Shown here: in pieces, positions 12,643 through 23,096 of the stretch
How positions within the stretch are numbered: position 1 is the stretch's first letter
Layout of the letters: each line of letters opens with the position of its first letter
Source: Actinomycetota bacterium
GTDB lineage: Bacteria; Actinomycetota; Actinomycetes; Actinomycetales; Microbacteriaceae
Assembly: GCA_041179725.1 (NCBI GenBank)
Contig: JBEGSY010000047.1
Span: 1-57,732 of the forward strand
Length of the DNA: 57,732 bases
Reading direction: 5' to 3'
Notes under the pieces: model-generated
The model's database searches: none
The model's input: only the letters and a program-made list of their open reading frames with translations
Told to the model about the DNA's origin: nothing
Program-made: the position numbers and the translations under genes

Positions 12643-13539
12643 ATGTCAAAAGCAGTTATAAACCCCCTCGTTAAGGCAAAGGCCTATCTGGCCCTGACCA
12701 AACCCAGGGTCATTGAATTGCTGCTAATTACCACCGTGCCAACCATGATTTTGGCCCAGCGTGGAATGCCGAGCCTATGGCTGGTATTAGCCACCTTGCT
12801 TGGCGGAGCATTGAGCGCGGGCTCAGCCAATGCCTTCAACTGCTATCTAGACGCCGATATAGATCAGTTGATGGGCCGAACCGCCAAGCGACCTCTGGTC
12901 ACCGGCGAGCTTTCAAAGCGTGAAGCCTATGTCTTTGCTTGGATACTCGGGGTTTTCTCGGTGCTATGGCTTGGTCTAGTGGTGAACTGGCTATCGGCCA
13001 TGCTTTCGCTTGCAGCCATACTCTTTTATGTTTTGGTCTACACGCTTATTCTGAAGCGTCGCACACCGCAGAACATCGTTTGGGGTGGCGCCGCCGGGGC
13101 TATGCCGGTGCTAATCGGTTGGGCGGCGGTCACCAATGACATCTCTCCGGCTGCCTGGATGCTGTTCCTAGTGATTTTCCTGTGGACCCCACCGCACTAC
13201 TGGCCGCTTTCCATGCGTTACAAAGAGGATTACGCAGCCGCAGGCGTGCCGATGCTTCCCGTAGTTCGCAACCAGGCAACCGTCGCGGTGCAAATCGTGC
13301 TCTATGCGTGGGCAATGGTGGTTTCGAGCTTGCTACTTATTCCACTTGGCAACATGGGTGCAATTTACTCAGTGACCGCTGTGGTTAGCGGAGCTTGGTT
13401 CATGTTTGAAAGTTACCGACTGTATCGCGAAGGCATCAAGGGCCATGCTAAGAATCCTATGCGTCTTTTCCACGGATCAATCAGTTACTTGACACTGCTG
13501 TTTATTGCAGTGGCAGTAGATCCGCTACTGCACTTTTAA
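12643..13539 (+). CDS. ctaB: Protoheme IX farnesyltransferase (heme o synthase)
   Basis: [11 protein letters not shown]-x-D-x2-M-x-RT-x2-RP and WTPPHYW motifs. Start ATG 12643 lies 7 nt after TAGACT. Confidence 0.95.
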   Translation: MSKAVINPLVKAKAYLALTKPRVIELLLITTVPTMILAQRGMPSLWLVLATLLGGALSAGSANAFNCYLDADIDQLMGRTAKRPLVTGELSKREAYVFAWILGVFSVLWLGLVVNWLSAMLSLAAILFYVLVYTLILKRRTPQNIVWGGAAGAMPVLIGWAAVTNDISPAAWMLFLVIFLWTPPHYWPLSMRYKEDYAAAGVPMLPVVRNQATVAVQIVLYAWAMVVSSLLLIPLGNMGAIYSVTAVVSGAWFMFESYRLYREGIKGHAKNPMRLFHGSISYLTLLFIAVAVDPLLHF

Positions 13540-14898
13540 TTCGGCTAGTCGAGCCAACGACTCATCACGCTCAACCGAATGATCAACTATCGGAGCGGGA
13601 TATCCGTTGGTGTTTAGCAAATTCCATGGTTCGTGCACCTCGGCGCCTTCAATGTGACGCAATTCTGGAATGTATTTGCGTACATAGTCGCCATTCGGGT
13701 CAAATTTGTAGCCCTGCAAGATTGGATTGAAAACACGATAATAGGGACTCGCGTCGGTTCCACATCCCGCAGTCCACTGCCAACCGTGAGCGTTAGACGC
13801 CGGATCGAAATCGGTAAGCAGCTCTTCAAAATGTTGCGCACCCTGTTGCCATTCGAGATGCAAATCTTTCACTAAAAATGAAGCAACAATCATGCGCACA
13901 CGATTGTGCATCCAGCCTTCCGCAATCAGTTGTCGCATGCCGGCGTCAACCATAGGGAAACCCGTTCTACCTTCTTTCCAAGCCTGTAACTTGGCGTCCG
14001 CTTCTTTGCCAATGTCGTAGCGCATATTTGCAAACTTCGCATCGTAATAATCGGTCAATGAATTTGGATTGTGCCAAAGTACATCGGCATAAAATTCACG
14101 CCAAGCAATTTCTTTGGCAAAAACAATTTCTCCATCGCTGTCACCGAGCTCCGCCAAAATAGTTCTCGGATGAATTTCTCCGTGTGACAGAGCATGCGAC
14201 AGATGCGACGTACCAGATAGGTCTGCTCGGTTTCTGAGTTCGCTGTAATCCTTTAGAGCTCGCTTTTTGAAGCGATTAAAAGTTCTGAGCGCAAAGGCCT
14301 CTCCAGCTTTTACCGGAAATGGCGCCGGGGCTGATGGGGTTGGACGACCGTGGCATTCAATTGGCTCAAACCATTCAGCACCCAAGTCGATTAGCGGTTG
14401 CGGGACACCCCAACCAGCCAGCATCCAGTTTTTGTAAAACGGCGTGTAAACCTTGTATTGCGAGCCATCCGGCTTGCGCACAGAGCCCGGAGCCACGGCG
14501 TAGTAACTGTCAACCAACTTCAGGAATATGCCAGATTCTTTGAGTGCCAAACCGACCGCATTTTGCTCTGCAATTCCGTCGGGATCAAAAGCCCTGGTTG
14601 CGTGTACCAGTGCAGCGCCAGCCGAAGTTGCTACGTTGACTAACTCATTAGCGATATTCGTCAATCCACGGGCTTGGCGAATGATTAACTTTCGGTTCAC
14701 CGCTGCACCGAGTGCATCTAATGATTCCACTAGGGAGTGCTGCCTAACCGGTGATAACCCATCAAACTTATCGAGATCAACCAAGAAGGTAAGTGCGACT
14801 TTTTTGGTTTTGTCTTCAATAGCCGCTGAAATCGCGGTGTTTAGTGCGACATTGTCTTGCAAGCGAAGATCGCGGCGAAACCAAAATACTTGAGACAT
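13525..14898 (-). CDS. phrB: Deoxyribodipyrimidine photolyase (class I CPD photolyase/cryptochrome family)
   Basis: [49 protein letters not shown] and GWQWTAG motifs. ATG 14898 overlaps the ctaA stop (TAATG). Confidence 0.93.
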   Translation of the reverse strand: MSQVFWFRRDLRLQDNVALNTAISAAIEDKTKKVALTFLVDLDKFDGLSPVRQHSLVESLDALGAAVNRKLIIRQARGLTNIANELVNVATSAGAALVHATRAFDPDGIAEQNAVGLALKESGIFLKLVDSYYAVAPGSVRKPDGSQYKVYTPFYKNWMLAGWGVPQPLIDLGAEWFEPIECHGRPTPSAPAPFPVKAGEAFALRTFNRFKKRALKDYSELRNRADLSGTSHLSHALSHGEIHPRTILAELGDSDGEIVFAKEIAWREFYADVLWHNPNSLTDYYDAKFANMRYDIGKEADAKLQAWKEGRTGFPMVDAGMRQLIAEGWMHNRVRMIVASFLVKDLHLEWQQGAQHFEELLTDFDPASNAHGWQWTAGCGTDASPYYRVFNPILQGYKFDPNGDYVRKYIPELRHIEGAEVHEPWNLLNTNGYPAPIVDHSVERDESLARLAELKVQ

Positions 14899-15773
14899 TA
14901 TTTGGCTCGAATTGAGAGCAACTGAAATGTGAGCAGGGAAGCCAGTAACGAAGCTCCAAGCATATGTAATCCAACCAACAGTGGAGGAACACCTAGTCGT
15001 GACTGAGCGATTCCAAGAATTGCTTGCATGACAAGTGCTATGACTAGCCACAGGGAAATCTGTTTATGCAACTTCAAAACTTCGGCATCCTTAATCTTTT
15101 GAAGGACGAAAAAGATTACAACCGAAAGTGCAAGTGTGACATAGGCGGGATAAGAGTGATAATGCTGCAAAGCTTCAAGTTCCAAACCATTTCGCGGTGC
15201 ATTTGCATCTCCAGCATGCGGACCAGCTCCAGTTACAACAACACCGATCAGAAGTGTGATCATGCCGATTGCAAAATTCCAAGGGGCTAAAACATAAGCA
15301 CGATATGGAACCGGCTCGTGCTGAACGGCGTAAATTCGCCACAGCAAAATGGAGGCGATAGCAATGAGTGCAGCTGAAATAACAAAATGCATGCCAACGA
15401 CCCAAGGGTTCAAGTTGGTAAGCACACTGACTCCACCAACCACTGCCTGAGCAAAAATTCCAAGCCCCACACTCAGCGCAGGCCAAACAAGTCCAATTCG
15501 CTTCTGCTTGCCAAGTCGTATCACAGTGATGAAGGTGAGTAGGGCAATGATCACGAGGACAAAAGTGAGTAGGCGATTAGCAAACTCGATAATTCCGTGA
15601 ATTCCTTGCTCGGGAACCGTAACTAGAGACTCATTTGTACATTTCGGCCAGGTGGGACAGCCAAGTCCAGAGCCAGTAAGTCGAACAGCTCCGCCGGTGA
15701 CCACAATGAGAATCTGACTGACCAGTGATAGCCAACCATAGAGTCGAATTCGGGCTTCGGAGAACAGAAACAT
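14898..15773 (-). CDS. ctaA: Heme A synthase (COX15/CtaA family)
   Basis: GGAVRLTGSGLGCPTWPKC, IEFANR and VTGAGPHAGD motifs; multi-TM; ATG 15773 follows a GAAAGG SD. Confidence 0.92.
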   Translation of the reverse strand: MFLFSEARIRLYGWLSLVSQILIVVTGGAVRLTGSGLGCPTWPKCTNESLVTVPEQGIHGIIEFANRLLTFVLVIIALLTFITVIRLGKQKRIGLVWPALSVGLGIFAQAVVGGVSVLTNLNPWVVGMHFVISAALIAIASILLWRIYAVQHEPVPYRAYVLAPWNFAIGMITLLIGVVVTGAGPHAGDANAPRNGLELEALQHYHSYPAYVTLALSVVIFFVLQKIKDAEVLKLHKQISLWLVIALVMQAILGIAQSRLGVPPLLVGLHMLGASLLASLLTFQLLSIRAK

Positions 15774-15813
15774 GGTGCCTTTCGTGGTGCTAGCCAAACA
15801 AACCGCCCAAAGG

Positions 15814-15819
15814 TAGACT
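15814..15819 (+). promoter_or_regulatory. Housekeeping-sigma -10 box (TAGACT) upstream of sufB
   Basis: Same TAGACT hexamer as in front of ctaB, fabG and metH. Confidence 0.5.
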
Positions 15820-15908
15820 GAAGGCCAGATGTAGCGGTTGGCTAGTTTTTCTAGTTTCGCACAGCAATCCTCGAGGAAAACCCAAAAACATGTCGTTTTC
15901 CACGTGCG

Positions 15909-15937
15909 GGAATGTTGCCGAACCGCTGCGAGTTCTA
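15909..15937 (+). promoter_or_regulatory. ECF sigma (SigH/SigR-like) promoter of sufB
   Basis: GGAAT-N18-GTTCTA, 45 nt before the sufB ATG. Confidence 0.6.
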
Positions 15938-15982
15938 ATCTTTGGGCCGAACTGATATTCGCACCCATGAAGGAGACCAGGC

Positions 15983-17398
15983 ATGACCGAGACCGTTGAT
16001 CGTTCAGAACTCGATTCCCTCGGAGTTTACGAATTTGGCTGGTCTGACAAAGACGACGCCGGTACCTCGGCCAAACGAGGCATCAATGAGGACGTAGTCC
16101 GCGATATCTCAGGCAAAAAGAGCGAGCCAGAATGGATGCTGGAAACTCGCCTCAAGGGTTACAACTACTTTGAGCGGAAGCCTATGCCGTCATGGGGAAG
16201 CGACCTCAGCGGTATCGATTTCGATAACATCAAGTACTTTGTTCGTTCAACAGAAAAGCAAGCCCAGTCTTGGGAAGATCTTCCAGAAGACATTCGCAAC
16301 ACATATGAGCGCCTTGGCATCCCGGAAGCGGAACGTTCCCGCCTGGTTGCCGGTGTTGCAGCTCAATATGAGTCAGAGGTGGTTTACCACCAGATCCACG
16401 AGGAGTTAGAGCGACAGGGAGTGATTTTCCTCGACACCGACACAGCGCTAAAGGAACACCCTGAAATTTTCCAAGAATATTTCGGCACCGTTATTCCTGC
16501 TGGTGACAACAAATTTGCAGCACTAAACACTGCTGTTTGGTCTGGTGGAAGTTTTGTTTATGTTCCAAAGGGAGTGCACGTAGAAATTCCTTTGCAGGCA
16601 TACTTCCGTATCAATACCGAGAACATGGGTCAGTTTGAGCGCACGCTGATTATTGCTGACGAGGGTTCCTACGTTCACTACATTGAGGGCTGTACAGCAC
16701 CGATTTATCAGAGTGATTCATTACACTCTGCGGTGGTTGAAATCATCGTTAAGAAAAACGCACGCGTGCGTTACACCACGATTCAAAACTGGTCGACCAA
16801 TGTTTACAACCTGGTAACCAAGCGCGCGATTGCACACGAGGGTGCAACCATGGAGTGGGTCGATGGCAATATTGGTTCGAAGGTGACCATGAAGTATCCA
16901 GCAATTTTGCTTGCCGGTGAACATGCACGTGGCGAAACGCTCTCAGTAGCATTTGCTGGCGCAGGGCAGCACCAAGATGCTGGAGCAAAGATGATTCACA
17001 TGGCACCAAACACTAGCTCATCGATCATTTCAAAGTCGATTGCGCGTGCCGGAGGTCGCACTTCATACCGAGGTGAGATCCGCGTAAACCCCGGAGCACA
17101 TCACAGTGCTAACACAGTGCGCTGCGACGCCTTGCTAGTGGACACCATTTCACGAAGCGACACATACCCAGCGGTAGACGTGCGTGAAGACGATGTAACT
17201 ATGGGCCACGAGGCAACCGTATCTCGAATCAGTGATGAGCAGTTGTTCTACTTGCAGTCCCGCGGTCTACCGGAAGACGAAGCCATGGCGATGATTGTCC
17301 GTGGATTCATTGAGCCAATTGCTAAAGAACTCCCCATGGAATATGCACTTGAGTTGAACAAACTGATCCAGATGCAGATGGAAGGGGCTGTTGGTTAA
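15983..17398 (+). CDS. sufB: Fe-S cluster assembly protein SufB
   Basis: [32 protein letters not shown] and GHEATVSRI motifs; no intein. Confidence 0.97.
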   Translation: MTETVDRSELDSLGVYEFGWSDKDDAGTSAKRGINEDVVRDISGKKSEPEWMLETRLKGYNYFERKPMPSWGSDLSGIDFDNIKYFVRSTEKQAQSWEDLPEDIRNTYERLGIPEAERSRLVAGVAAQYESEVVYHQIHEELERQGVIFLDTDTALKEHPEIFQEYFGTVIPAGDNKFAALNTAVWSGGSFVYVPKGVHVEIPLQAYFRINTENMGQFERTLIIADEGSYVHYIEGCTAPIYQSDSLHSAVVEIIVKKNARVRYTTIQNWSTNVYNLVTKRAIAHEGATMEWVDGNIGSKVTMKYPAILLAGEHARGETLSVAFAGAGQHQDAGAKMIHMAPNTSSSIISKSIARAGGRTSYRGEIRVNPGAHHSANTVRCDALLVDTISRSDTYPAVDVREDDVTMGHEATVSRISDEQLFYLQSRGLPEDEAMAMIVRGFIEPIAKELPMEYALELNKLIQMQMEGAVG

Positions 17399-18561
17399 TG
17401 GTTGAAGCAGTAATTCGACCAGGTAGCACCGGTCACAGTCACGGCGGTGGGGAAGTCCCAATCCAAACCCGCTCCGAACGAGTTCGTTCAGCGAATGTTG
17501 CCGAACACTCAGAAGTGACTCGCCGCGACGAGCAGTGGCGCTACCTAGATGCAGAGCGTCTCGCTGGACTTGACAGCCATGTGCTAACCAACTTCTCTGA
17601 AAATATCCAAGTGATCGCTCCGACAGAATTCAGCAGCGAATTTGTGACTGCCCAGGATTCAAGTTTCGGTAAGGCTGGGCTTCCGGAAGATCGTCCGAGC
17701 GCCAACGCTTGGGCTGCTGCCACATCAGCTCTAAAAGTTTCGCTCAAGGGCGAGGCAACTGAGGCCGCTGCGATTAACATCACTTCACCTGGCAAAGACA
17801 CCGCCGCACACATCATCATCGAGTCGGCAACGCATTCAAAAGGAACCATAGTTTTGGATCACACCGGCTCAGGAACGTTCGGCGAAGTGGTTGAAGTCAT
17901 CGTCGGTGACGAAAGCAATCTGACAGTAGTTTCAATTCAGGATTGGAATGATGACGCGGTCCACACATCGGCGCAATTTGCTCGACTTGGGCGTAACTCG
18001 AAGTTGAAGCACATAGTTATATCGCTGGGCGGTAAAACAGTACGAGTAACACCAAATGCAGAATTCACCGGTCCTGGTGGCGACGCAGAATTACTTGGAA
18101 TGTACTTTGCTGATTCTGGTCAGCACCTCGAACACCGCTCCTACGTTGATCACGCGGTGCCAAACTGTAAGTCTCGCGTCACCTACAAGGGCGCATTGCA
18201 AGGGGAAAACGCACACACTGTCTGGGTTGGCGATGTCTTGATTCGCAAGGCTGCTGAGGGCACTGACACCTATGAGCTCAACCGAAACTTGTTGTTGACC
18301 GACGGCGCACGCGCGGACTCGGTGCCAAACCTCGAAATTGAAACCGGTGAAATCGAAGGAGCAGGTCACGCATCTGCAAGTGGTCGATTTGATGATGAAC
18401 AGCTTTTCTACTTACAGGCGCGCGGAATCGATGAACTTGATGCCCGTCGCCTTGTGGTGCGCGGCTTCCTCAATGAAGTTATTCAGCAAATCGGAATTGA
18501 ATCAATCGAAGAGCGCCTGAACAACGCAATCGAGGCGGAACTAGTGAGGGGTATCAACTAA
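17398..18561 (+). CDS. sufD: Fe-S cluster assembly protein SufD
   Basis: EQWRY, YKGAL, DSVPNLEIE, GAGHASA and FYLQARGI motifs; coupled to sufB. Confidence 0.95.
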   Translation: MVEAVIRPGSTGHSHGGGEVPIQTRSERVRSANVAEHSEVTRRDEQWRYLDAERLAGLDSHVLTNFSENIQVIAPTEFSSEFVTAQDSSFGKAGLPEDRPSANAWAAATSALKVSLKGEATEAAAINITSPGKDTAAHIIIESATHSKGTIVLDHTGSGTFGEVVEVIVGDESNLTVVSIQDWNDDAVHTSAQFARLGRNSKLKHIVISLGGKTVRVTPNAEFTGPGGDAELLGMYFADSGQHLEHRSYVDHAVPNCKSRVTYKGALQGENAHTVWVGDVLIRKAAEGTDTYELNRNLLLTDGARADSVPNLEIETGEIEGAGHASASGRFDDEQLFYLQARGIDELDARRLVVRGFLNEVIQQIGIESIEERLNNAIEAELVRGIN

Positions 18562-18872
18562 TGGCAGTTCGCATCTGTGCACTAGATGACCTAAAGCCCG
18601 GCAAGGCACTACGCGTGGTCATTTCCGAACACCCAATCGCATTGGTTCGAACCAAGGCTGGTGATGTATTTGCGCTAGACGACAAATGCTCGCACGGAGA
18701 AATTTCACTAAGCGAAGGCTTTGTGGACAACACAACTATTGAGTGCTGGGCTCACGGAGCAAAGTTTGAACTTGCCACTGGCAAAGCGCTAACCCTTCCG
18801 GCTTATGAACCGGTAAATCGCTACGAAGTACTTATTGAAAACGGCGACGTCTTTTTGGAATACGAGGCTTAG
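18561..18872 (+). CDS. Rieske-type [2Fe-2S] ferredoxin
   Basis: CSH...CWAHG Rieske ligands; inside the suf operon. Confidence 0.93.
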   Translation: MAVRICALDDLKPGKALRVVISEHPIALVRTKAGDVFALDDKCSHGEISLSEGFVDNTTIECWAHGAKFELATGKALTLPAYEPVNRYEVLIENGDVFLEYEA

Positions 18873-18877
18873 GAAAA

Positions 18878-19630
18878 ATGGCAATACTACAGATCAAGAA
18901 CCTGCACGTTTCGGTTGAAACCGAGCAGGGAAGCAAAGAAATCCTTCGTGGAGTAGACCTAACTATTCGCAGTGGAGAGACCCACGCCATCATGGGCCCA
19001 AACGGTTCTGGTAAGTCAACTCTGGCTTACACAATCGCTGGTCACCCTAAGTACGAAGTAACCGAGGGTGAAATCCTGCTCGACGGCGAAAATGTTTTGG
19101 AGATGAGCGTTGATGAGCGAGCTCGCGCCGGCCTATTCCTGGCGATGCAGTATCCAGTAGAGATTCCTGGTGTTTCGGTTAGCAACTTCTTGCGCACAGC
19201 TAAGACTGCGATAGCTGGAGAGGCCCCTGCAATTCGACCTTGGACCACCGAGGTAAAAGAAGCCATGGCCAATCTAAAGATGGACCCGGCATTTACCGCT
19301 CGAAACGTGAATGAAGGATTCTCTGGTGGTGAGAAGAAGCGTCACGAAATCTTGCAGATGGAGCTACTCAAGCCACAATTCGCAGTACTTGACGAGACCG
19401 ATTCTGGTCTTGACGTTGACGCACTTCGTATCGTGAGTGAGGGGGTAAACCGAGCAAAAGCAAACAATGGTTTCGGCGTGCTGCTAATCACTCACTACAC
19501 CCGTATTTTGAACTATATCAAGCCGGACTTCGTCCACGTATTTGTGGCCGGAAAAATCGCCGAAGAAGGCGGACCGGAGCTGGCAGAGCGCCTAGAGGCC
19601 GAGGGATACGACCGATACGTGAACGCATAA
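18878..19630 (+). CDS. sufC: Fe-S cluster assembly ATPase SufC
   Basis: [26 protein letters not shown] and [10 protein letters not shown] motifs. Confidence 0.97.
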   Translation: MAILQIKNLHVSVETEQGSKEILRGVDLTIRSGETHAIMGPNGSGKSTLAYTIAGHPKYEVTEGEILLDGENVLEMSVDERARAGLFLAMQYPVEIPGVSVSNFLRTAKTAIAGEAPAIRPWTTEVKEAMANLKMDPAFTARNVNEGFSGGEKKRHEILQMELLKPQFAVLDETDSGLDVDALRIVSEGVNRAKANNGFGVLLITHYTRILNYIKPDFVHVFVAGKIAEEGGPELAERLEAEGYDRYVNA

Positions 19631-19957
19631 ATGCCTCAAGAATTATCAGCAGAGAAATACGACCAGGTAGTCGAAGCACTTAAGGAAGTAATCGACCCTG
19701 AATTGGGCGTAAACATCTTCGACCTAGGTTTGATTTACGATTTGCAGGAAGCCGATGACAAGAGCTTGCTGATTAACATGACGCTTACCTCTGCAGGCTG
19801 CCCGCTTACAGACGTGATCGAAGAGCAGACGGCGGCTTCACTCGATGGAGTAGTCGAAGCCTTCAGAATTAATTGGGTTTGGATGCCACCTTGGGGTCCT
19901 GAGCGGATTACCGAAGACGGCAAAGAGCAGATGCGCGCGATCGGTTTTGCAATTTAG
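19631..19957 (+). CDS. sufT: Metal-sulfur cluster assembly factor (SufT/DUF59)
   Basis: DPELGVNIFDLGLIY, MTLTSAGCP and WMPPW motifs. Confidence 0.92.
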   Translation: MPQELSAEKYDQVVEALKEVIDPELGVNIFDLGLIYDLQEADDKSLLINMTLTSAGCPLTDVIEEQTAASLDGVVEAFRINWVWMPPWGPERITEDGKEQMRAIGFAI

Positions 19958-19960
19958 AAC

Positions 19961-19997
19961 AAAAAAAATGCACCTCCAAACGGAGGTGCATTTTTTT
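19961..19997. terminator. Bidirectional intrinsic terminator between sufT and bioY
   Basis: A8-TGCACCTCC-aaac-GGAGGTGCA-T7. Confidence 0.92.
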
Positions 19998-20003
19998 CAG
20001 TTC

Positions 20004-20603
20004 TTAATCCTGAGTCTTCTTAACCAGCAACCATGCGCCTGGAAGTAGACCAGCAGCGATAACAGCCTTGACCACGTCCCAAACCATGAATGGCACCATG
20101 TAGGTAGCTGCAGCGCTTAGGTCGCCGGCAAATGCTGTGCTGGCTAGCACCGGAACTCCGATTAGGTAAATAACGGCTGAGCCAGCCACGAAAGCTACAA
20201 AAGTCTTCAGCACATTTGAACTCCACTTGCGCTCGGCAAGCAGACCAACAACAAAGGCAGCAACAATAAAGCCGAAAATGAATCCAGCAGTCGGGCCAAC
20301 GAATGCCGCTACACCAACCACGTGGCTGCCGTCAGTCTTTGGTGCAAATACTGGGACGCCGGCTAGCCCAATAAGAGCGTACAAACCAAGAGAAAGTAGA
20401 CCGCGGCGAGAACCTAGGCTCGCTCCAACGAGAAGCACCACCAAAGTCTGCAAGGTGAATGGCACTGGATAGGCAGGAATCGAAATCTGTGCAGCCACCG
20501 CGGTGAGTGCGGCTCCGGCAACGACTAGAGCGATATCGGCGGCAAGGCTGCGCTTGATTAAGCGGTCAACGATTGTCGGCTTAGCAACGAGGGTTAGAGA
20601 CAT
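20004..20603 (-). CDS. bioY: Biotin transporter BioY
   Basis: PVPFTLQTL, GLAGVPVFA and GPTAGFIFGF motifs; multi-TM. Confidence 0.93.
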   Translation of the reverse strand: MSLTLVAKPTIVDRLIKRSLAADIALVVAGAALTAVAAQISIPAYPVPFTLQTLVVLLVGASLGSRRGLLSLGLYALIGLAGVPVFAPKTDGSHVVGVAAFVGPTAGFIFGFIVAAFVVGLLAERKWSSNVLKTFVAFVAGSAVIYLIGVPVLASTAFAGDLSAAATYMVPFMVWDVVKAVIAAGLLPGAWLLVKKTQD

Positions 20604-20704
20604 GGAAACTCCAATTTCTTTGGTTTAGTCAATTGTAGACTAGGGATTTTGCGGTTGCTTTAACTGAATCAACCAATAGGCTCAACTAATTTTTGGAGCA
20701 TTTC

Positions 20705-22303
20705 ATGATTGCCGTCACCGACCTGGAGATTCGCATCGGTGCGCGCGTGCTTATGTCGGAAGTTAATTTCCGAGTTTCCAAAGGAGACAAAATTGGCTTG
20801 GTTGGCAGAAATGGTGCTGGCAAGACCACCCTTACCAAAATCCTGGCCGGAGATGGTCAACCAGATCACGGAAAAGTTGAGCGCGTGGGCGAAATCGGCT
20901 ACCTTCCGCAAGATCCACGAAGCGGTGATCCAGAAGAGTTAGCCCGACACCGAATCCTGAATGCCCGAGGCTTAGGTGAACTAGCCGCTCAAATGACAAA
21001 GGCTTCTCACGACATGAGCAGCGTAGACGAAGTCATCTACGATGCCGCAATGAAGAAGTACGCGAAGCTCGAGGAAAAATTCCAAGCAGCTGGCGGATAC
21101 GCGGCAGAGGCACAAGCAGAGACTATCGCGGGAAATTTAGGGCTCAAAGCCTCCGTGCTTGACCAACCCCTCAAGACTCTCTCTGGTGGACAACGTCGAC
21201 GCATCGAGTTGGCTCGCATCCTTTTCAGTAATGCAGAGACCATGATTCTCGACGAACCGACTAACCACTTGGACGCCGATTCCGTCGTGTGGCTACGAGA
21301 ATTCTTGAAGTCCTATGCTGGTGGATTAATTGTTATCAGTCACGACGTCGACCTAATCGGCGAAACGGTAAATCGTGTTTTTTACCTAGACGCAATTCGT
21401 TCCGTCATAGATGTTTACAACATGGGTTGGAAGCACTACCTAAAGCAACGCGAAGCGGATGAAGAGCGCCGAAAACGGGAACGTGCCAATGCAGAGAAGA
21501 AGGCTGGCGCACTACAACTTCAAGCAGCAAAGTTTGGCGCCAAGGCTTCCAAAGCCGCTGCAGCACAACAAATGGTGCGTCGCGCCGAGAAACTACTGGG
21601 ATCACTTGATGAAGTTCGCGAAAGCGATAAAGTTGCACGAATTAAGTTTCCTGATCCTGCGCCATGCGGAAAAACTCCTCTGATGGCGACGCACCTCAGC
21701 AAGAGTTATGGATCGCAGGAAATCTTCACAGCAGTTGACCTTGCCATTGACAAGGGGAGCAAGGTCGTTGTGATTGGCCTCAACGGAGCGGGTAAAACAA
21801 CTTTGCTGCGAATGCTTGCTGGCATCGACAAGCCAGATACCGGAGAAATCATCCCTGGACATGGTCTCAAGGTTGGATATTTTGCCCAGGAGCACGAGAC
21901 TCTCGATGTGAACAAGACGGTTTTGCAAAACATGCAGGCTTCAGCTCCTCATCTAGCTGACACGGATGCTAGAAAAGTGCTTGGTTCATTCCTATTCAGT
22001 GGTGACGATGTCGATAAACCAGCAGGTGTACTTAGCGGTGGGGAGAAAACTCGATTGGCTTTGGCTGCTCTTGTGGTCTCATCAGCCAATGTCTTATTGC
22101 TAGATGAACCCACCAACAACTTGGATCCTGCAAGTCGCGAGGAGATTCTTCGAGCTTTGGCTACCTTTACCGGCGCTGTGGTGTTGGTATCTCACGATGA
22201 GGGAGCGGTACTGGCCCTGAATCCGGAACGTGTTTTGATTCTTCCCGATGGCGATGAAGATCTTTGGAACGATAGCTACGCTGAACTGATTTCGCTCAGC
22301 TAA
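20705..22303 (+). CDS. ABC-F family ATPase
   Basis: Two ABC domains (GRNGAGKT/LSGGQ and GLNGAGKT/LSGGE) joined by a charged linker; no TM segments. ATG 20705 follows GGAG. Confidence 0.93.
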   Translation: MIAVTDLEIRIGARVLMSEVNFRVSKGDKIGLVGRNGAGKTTLTKILAGDGQPDHGKVERVGEIGYLPQDPRSGDPEELARHRILNARGLGELAAQMTKASHDMSSVDEVIYDAAMKKYAKLEEKFQAAGGYAAEAQAETIAGNLGLKASVLDQPLKTLSGGQRRRIELARILFSNAETMILDEPTNHLDADSVVWLREFLKSYAGGLIVISHDVDLIGETVNRVFYLDAIRSVIDVYNMGWKHYLKQREADEERRKRERANAEKKAGALQLQAAKFGAKASKAAAAQQMVRRAEKLLGSLDEVRESDKVARIKFPDPAPCGKTPLMATHLSKSYGSQEIFTAVDLAIDKGSKVVVIGLNGAGKTTLLRMLAGIDKPDTGEIIPGHGLKVGYFAQEHETLDVNKTVLQNMQASAPHLADTDARKVLGSFLFSGDDVDKPAGVLSGGEKTRLALAALVVSSANVLLLDEPTNNLDPASREEILRALATFTGAVVLVSHDEGAVLALNPERVLILPDGDEDLWNDSYAELISLS

Positions 22304-23096
22304 GCGAATCCTCTACCTCGGCGTCCACCTGACCAATTGCTTTGCGCTTCTTGACCATTGGTTTTGAAAGCCCACGAGCTTCGCGCTCTTTCTTAATTCC
22401 CCAAATCAAAGCAGCCACCGCCATGAGTGCGAACATTATCCACTGCAACGCGTAACTCAAGTGATTACCTTCGTCGAGCGCTGGCTTCGCTAAGGCTTTC
22501 GGCAGTACCGATGGAGCAAGTTCCTCACTCGACATGCGAGCGTAAGTCTCGGTAAATATGGCATCTTTGATACCTTGCGATTGAACCAAGGCCTCGATAT
22601 TTATGGTTCCGAGCTGACCTTGCGGAGCGCCTCGATCAAGAGTGGGTTCAGTTGGACGAACTCTCGCCACAATCGTTTGTTCATCGGCACTTGGCAGTGG
22701 GATAAGTTTTGGCGGTTGGTAGTTGGAGTCACTTGCAATCCAGCCTCGCTCGATTGCGATCAAACGACCATCGCTCATCTGAAATGGAACCAACTGCAAA
22801 AAACCCGGTTGTCCATTCAATGGTCGATTTCTTACTAAAACGGCATTGCCAACCAGGTAGTGGCCAGTGAGTGTCACTGGCCGCCATTGATTCTTGTCCT
22901 CAAATGAATCTAACTCGGCAACCAAGTCAATTGACACAGGTCTTGCATCATAGTTACTGGCTACCTGAGCAATTTCGGCGAGTGCCTCTTCGCGTCTAGA
23001 AAATTGCCAATTGGACAACAGGGCGCAGGCAACTGAAAAAACTATGACTAGCGCGAGCCATCCTGACCAACGCTTCAAATCCGCTTTAGCCGCCAT
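22296..23096 (-). CDS. SURF1 family protein
   Basis: N-terminal TM with LSNWQFSRR, ERGW, and GNHLSYALQW before a C-terminal TM. Confidence 0.88.
   Translation of the reverse strand: MAAKADLKRWSGWLALVIVFSVACALLSNWQFSRREEALAEIAQVASNYDARPVSIDLVAELDSFEDKNQWRPVTLTGHYLVGNAVLVRNRPLNGQPGFLQLVPFQMSDGRLIAIERGWIASDSNYQPPKLIPLPSADEQTIVARVRPTEPTLDRGAPQGQLGTINIEALVQSQGIKDAIFTETYARMSSEELAPSVLPKALAKPALDEGNHLSYALQWIMFALMAVAALIWGIKKEREARGLSKPMVKKRKAIGQVDAEVEDSLS

Noticed and set aside
12517-15968. Long N-terminal extensions on ctaB, the photolyase and ctaA (also gap, metH, trmI, trpD) in the ORF track
   Set aside because: Family-like sequence, SD or leaderless signals, and stop/start overlaps all point to downstream starts.
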